A stretch of DNA of 51,161 bases from positions 1-51,161 of the forward strand of contig JAURQW010000024.1 in assembly GCA_030835925.1 (NCBI GenBank), given 5' to 3'. The notes beneath the pieces were generated by a model. The model was not told the origin of the DNA. It made no database searches and saw nothing but the letters and a program-made list of their open reading frames with translations. The translations under genes were made by a program, and so were the position numbers. This DNA is from Gammaproteobacteria bacterium. GTDB lineage: Bacteria > Pseudomonadota > Gammaproteobacteria > GCA-002705445 > GCA-002716945. This document shows, one piece after another, positions 48,587-51,161 of this stretch; position 1 is the stretch's first letter, and each line of letters starts with the position of its first letter.

Positions 48587-50503
48587 ATGAGCGATATAAT
48601 AAAAAATTTAGTGATTTGGACAGTGATAGCAGTTGTTATCATGTCTCTGTTTAGTGGTATTAGTGGAAGGAATAATGCTGCAGATGAATATAATTATTCT
48701 GAATTTATGCAACAAGTCCAAACTAGCCAGGTTGAAGAAGTAACTATATCGGGCATAGAAATTGCCGGAACTCTAAAGTCAGGACAATCGTTCATTACAT
48801 ATAGCCCTGAAACAGATAATTCTGCCCTAGTAGGGGAATTGCTAAATAGTAAAGTAAAAATATCAGGACAAGCACCAGAAAAACAATCATTTCTCGCTCA
48901 AATATTTATACATTGGTTCCCATTCTTATTGTTGATAGGTGTATGGATATTCTTTATGAGACAAATGCAAGGCGGAGCTGGCGGAGGCCGTGGAGCGATG
49001 TCATTTGGTAAAAGTAAAGCCAAGCTTATGAATGAAGACCAAGTCAAAGTTACATTTAAAGATGTTGCTGGTGTTGAAGAAGCAAAAGAAGAGGTAAAAG
49101 AATTAGTTGATTTTCTAAAGGACCCAGGTAAATTTCAGAATTTAGGTGGTCAAATACCACGCGGTGTTCTTATGAATGGTTCTCCAGGCACAGGTAAAAC
49201 ACTTCTGGCTCGTGCTATAGCTGGTGAAGCTAAAGTGCCTTTCTTTACTATATCAGGATCAGATTTTGTAGAAATGTTTGTAGGTGTTGGTGCATCAAGA
49301 GTGAGAGACATGTTTGAGCAAGCTAAAAAGCATGCTCCATGTATCATATTCATTGATGAGATTGATGCTGTCGGTAGACATAGAGGTGCTGGCGTTGGAG
49401 GCGGACATGATGAAAGAGAGCAAACTTTAAACCAGTTATTAGTTGAGATGGATGGTTTTGAAGGAAATGAGGGCGTTATAGTTATAGCGGCAACAAATAG
49501 ACCAGATGTACTTGACCCTGCATTATTAAGACCAGGAAGGTTTGATAGACAGGTAACTGTCCCATTGCCTGACATAAGAGGAAGAGAGCAAATATTAAAA
49601 GTTCATATGAAGAAGACGCCTATTTCTAATGACGTCAAGCCCAAACTACTTGCTAGGGGAACACCAGGTTTTTCTGGTGCAGATCTAGCAAACTTAGTCA
49701 ATGAAGCAGCTTTGTTTGCTGCTCGAGCTAGCAAAAAAATTGTTGATATGAGTGATTTTGAAAAAGCTAAAGATAAAATACTAATGGGCGGTGAACGAAA
49801 ATCTATGGTCATGAACGATGATGAAAGAAAGTTAACCGCTTACCATGAAGCTGGTCATGCCATAGTGGGCAGACTAGTTCCAGATCATGATCCTGTTTAT
49901 AAAGTTAGTATAATACCTAGAGGAAGAGCTCTTGGGGTCACTATGTTTCTACCAGAAGAAGATAGGTACAGTAACAGCAGACAACGAATTAATAGTATGA
50001 TTGCTGCATTATTTGGTGGAAGAGTTGCTGAAGAAGAAATCTTTGGAGATGAGGCTGTTACCACTGGTGCATCTAATGATATCGAGAGAGCTACTGCACT
50101 TGCAAGAAGCATGGTTACCAAGTGGGGTCTATCCAATAAAATGGGACCACTAGCATATGCTGAAGAGGAGAATGAAGTGTTTCTTGGAAAATCATCTGGT
50201 CAACAACAGAAAAGTGTATCAGATGAAACAGCTAGAACAATTGATACAGAGATTAGAAAGATTATTGATACTCAATATTCTCGTGCTACAAAATTAATCA
50301 AAGATAACATGGATAAAATGCATCTTATGGCCGACGCATTGATGAAATATGAAACTATTGATAGTAGTCAGATTGATGAGATAATGGATGGCAAAACCCC
50401 ATCCGCTCCTGAAAGTTGGTCTGATGATGATGACAGCTCTAATACTAGTGGTGGAGTTACTTCTGGATCTAAAGAAAGTCCTGCTACAACCCCAGCATCT
50501 TAA
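48587..50503 (+). CDS. ftsH: ATP-dependent zinc metalloprotease FtsH
   Basis: Two TMs, [41 protein letters not shown]. Confidence 0.98.
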   Translation: MSDIIKNLVIWTVIAVVIMSLFSGISGRNNAADEYNYSEFMQQVQTSQVEEVTISGIEIAGTLKSGQSFITYSPETDNSALVGELLNSKVKISGQAPEKQSFLAQIFIHWFPFLLLIGVWIFFMRQMQGGAGGGRGAMSFGKSKAKLMNEDQVKVTFKDVAGVEEAKEEVKELVDFLKDPGKFQNLGGQIPRGVLMNGSPGTGKTLLARAIAGEAKVPFFTISGSDFVEMFVGVGASRVRDMFEQAKKHAPCIIFIDEIDAVGRHRGAGVGGGHDEREQTLNQLLVEMDGFEGNEGVIVIAATNRPDVLDPALLRPGRFDRQVTVPLPDIRGREQILKVHMKKTPISNDVKPKLLARGTPGFSGADLANLVNEAALFAARASKKIVDMSDFEKAKDKILMGGERKSMVMNDDERKLTAYHEAGHAIVGRLVPDHDPVYKVSIIPRGRALGVTMFLPEEDRYSNSRQRINSMIAALFGGRVAEEEIFGDEAVTTGASNDIERATALARSMVTKWGLSNKMGPLAYAEEENEVFLGKSSGQQQKSVSDETARTIDTEIRKIIDTQYSRATKLIKDNMDKMHLMADALMKYETIDSSQIDEIMDGKTPSAPESWSDDDDSSNTSGGVTSGSKESPATTPAS

Positions 50504-50524
50504 ATTTAAAAAACATCTAAATAC

Positions 50525-50564
50525 AAAGAAAGCATAAGAATAAACTTATGCTTTCTTTTTATTT
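50525..50564 (+). terminator. Rho-independent terminator of ftsH
   Basis: 14-bp stem AAAGAAAGCATAAG/CTTATGCTTTCTTT with a 6-nt loop and a T-rich tail. Confidence 0.88.
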
Positions 50565-50589
50565 AATAACAATTAAACTATTTAGTAAT

Positions 50590-51161
50590 ATGCATTGGAA
50601 TAAAAAGTTTAATTATCCGAACAGTAATCGCGTCATAGTAGATGGATCTAGATATTATAATATTAATGATATAAAACTACCTTCAGTAACAGAGATACTC
50701 AAAGCAACAGAGTCTGAAGAAAAAAAGAGCTCATTATTAAAATGGAGACAAAGAGTAGGAAATGAAGAAGCTGATAGAATAATGAAAACATCATCTTCTA
50801 GAGGTACTAAAATGCATAAGTACATAGAAGAGTATTTGATTGGACAATCTAATATAGATTTATCTTATGAGACAAATGACGCGCAACTTATGTCTACTAA
50901 AATAATCAATGAGGGACTTTGTAATTTAGATGAATTATGGGGTGCTGAAGTAACACTATCTTTCCCTGGATTATATGCTGGCACAGCAGATGCATGTGGC
51001 CTATATAATGGAAAAGAAAGTATATTAGATTTTAAACAATCAAATAAACCAAAAAAAAGAGAGTGGATAGAAGATTATTTTTTGCAAATTGCTGCATATG
51101 GTCTAGCCCATAATAAAGTATATTCCACGAATGTATCTCAAGGAGTTATTTTAGTTTGCAC
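50590..51161 (+). CDS. Phage-type PD-(D/E)XK exonuclease (Cas4/MGME1-like), truncated by window end
   Basis: Not in the ORF track. Open for 190 codons: KLPSVTEIL...LLKWRQRVGNEEADRI...RGTKMHKYIE...E...YAGTAD...ILDFKQSNKPKKREWIEDYFLQIAAY. Confidence 0.88.
   Translation, partial: MHWNKKFNYPNSNRVIVDGSRYYNINDIKLPSVTEILKATESEEKKSSLLKWRQRVGNEEADRIMKTSSSRGTKMHKYIEEYLIGQSNIDLSYETNDAQLMSTKIINEGLCNLDELWGAEVTLSFPGLYAGTADACGLYNGKESILDFKQSNKPKKREWIEDYFLQIAAYGLAHNKVYSTNVSQGVILVC

Noticed and set aside
1478-50136. About 45 short ORFs in the track that lie antisense to, or nested within, recognised genes (e.g. 6920-7330, 31414-31776, 44804-45217, 49150-49575)
   Set aside because: They are shadows of well-supported genes, with no motifs or RBS and typical antisense composition.
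50590-51161. cas4 of a CRISPR-Cas system
   Set aside because: No array or other cas genes are in the window, and the N-terminal Fe-S cysteine of Cas4 is not apparent. The motifs fit phage exonucleases.

Overview
A very AT-rich, densely packed segment of core chromosome, most likely from a streamlined marine gammaproteobacterium (inferred from gene content and order). It holds about 50 genes with minimal spacers. Left to right: mcl-mtkAB (malyl-CoA lyase and malate thiokinase), tatD, queH, ampDE, rnd, ilvD, msrB, mpl, pmtA, grxD, an orphan AsnO-like amidotransferase, a major porin, argDF, the yrbG-kdsDC-lptC-lptB-rpoN-PTS operon, mlaA, mlaC and an MMPL transporter, murA-hisG-aroG-hisD, degS, petABC-sspA, a small decayed accessory patch ending in a tRNA-Leu 3' fragment, gmhA/diaA, rsmI, carAB, a DAACS transporter, tpx, rlmE, ftsH, and a phage-type PD-(D/E)XK exonuclease running off the right end. 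I saw no CRISPR array, rRNA, intact tRNA, integrase or transposase. The most notable signal is a rewired outer-membrane lipid-trafficking locus. First, lptA is missing and LptC carries an LptA-like C-terminal tail, suggesting a one-protein LPS bridge. Second, the MlaFEDB ABC transporter is missing from its usual site, where MlaA and MlaC instead sit with an MMPL/RND permease. Other observations: a predicted Gly-Gly-His (ATCUN) N-terminus on the porin, a leader-peptide attenuator before carA, and a frameshifted yrbG. All family assignments come from motif recognition by eye, not database searches.
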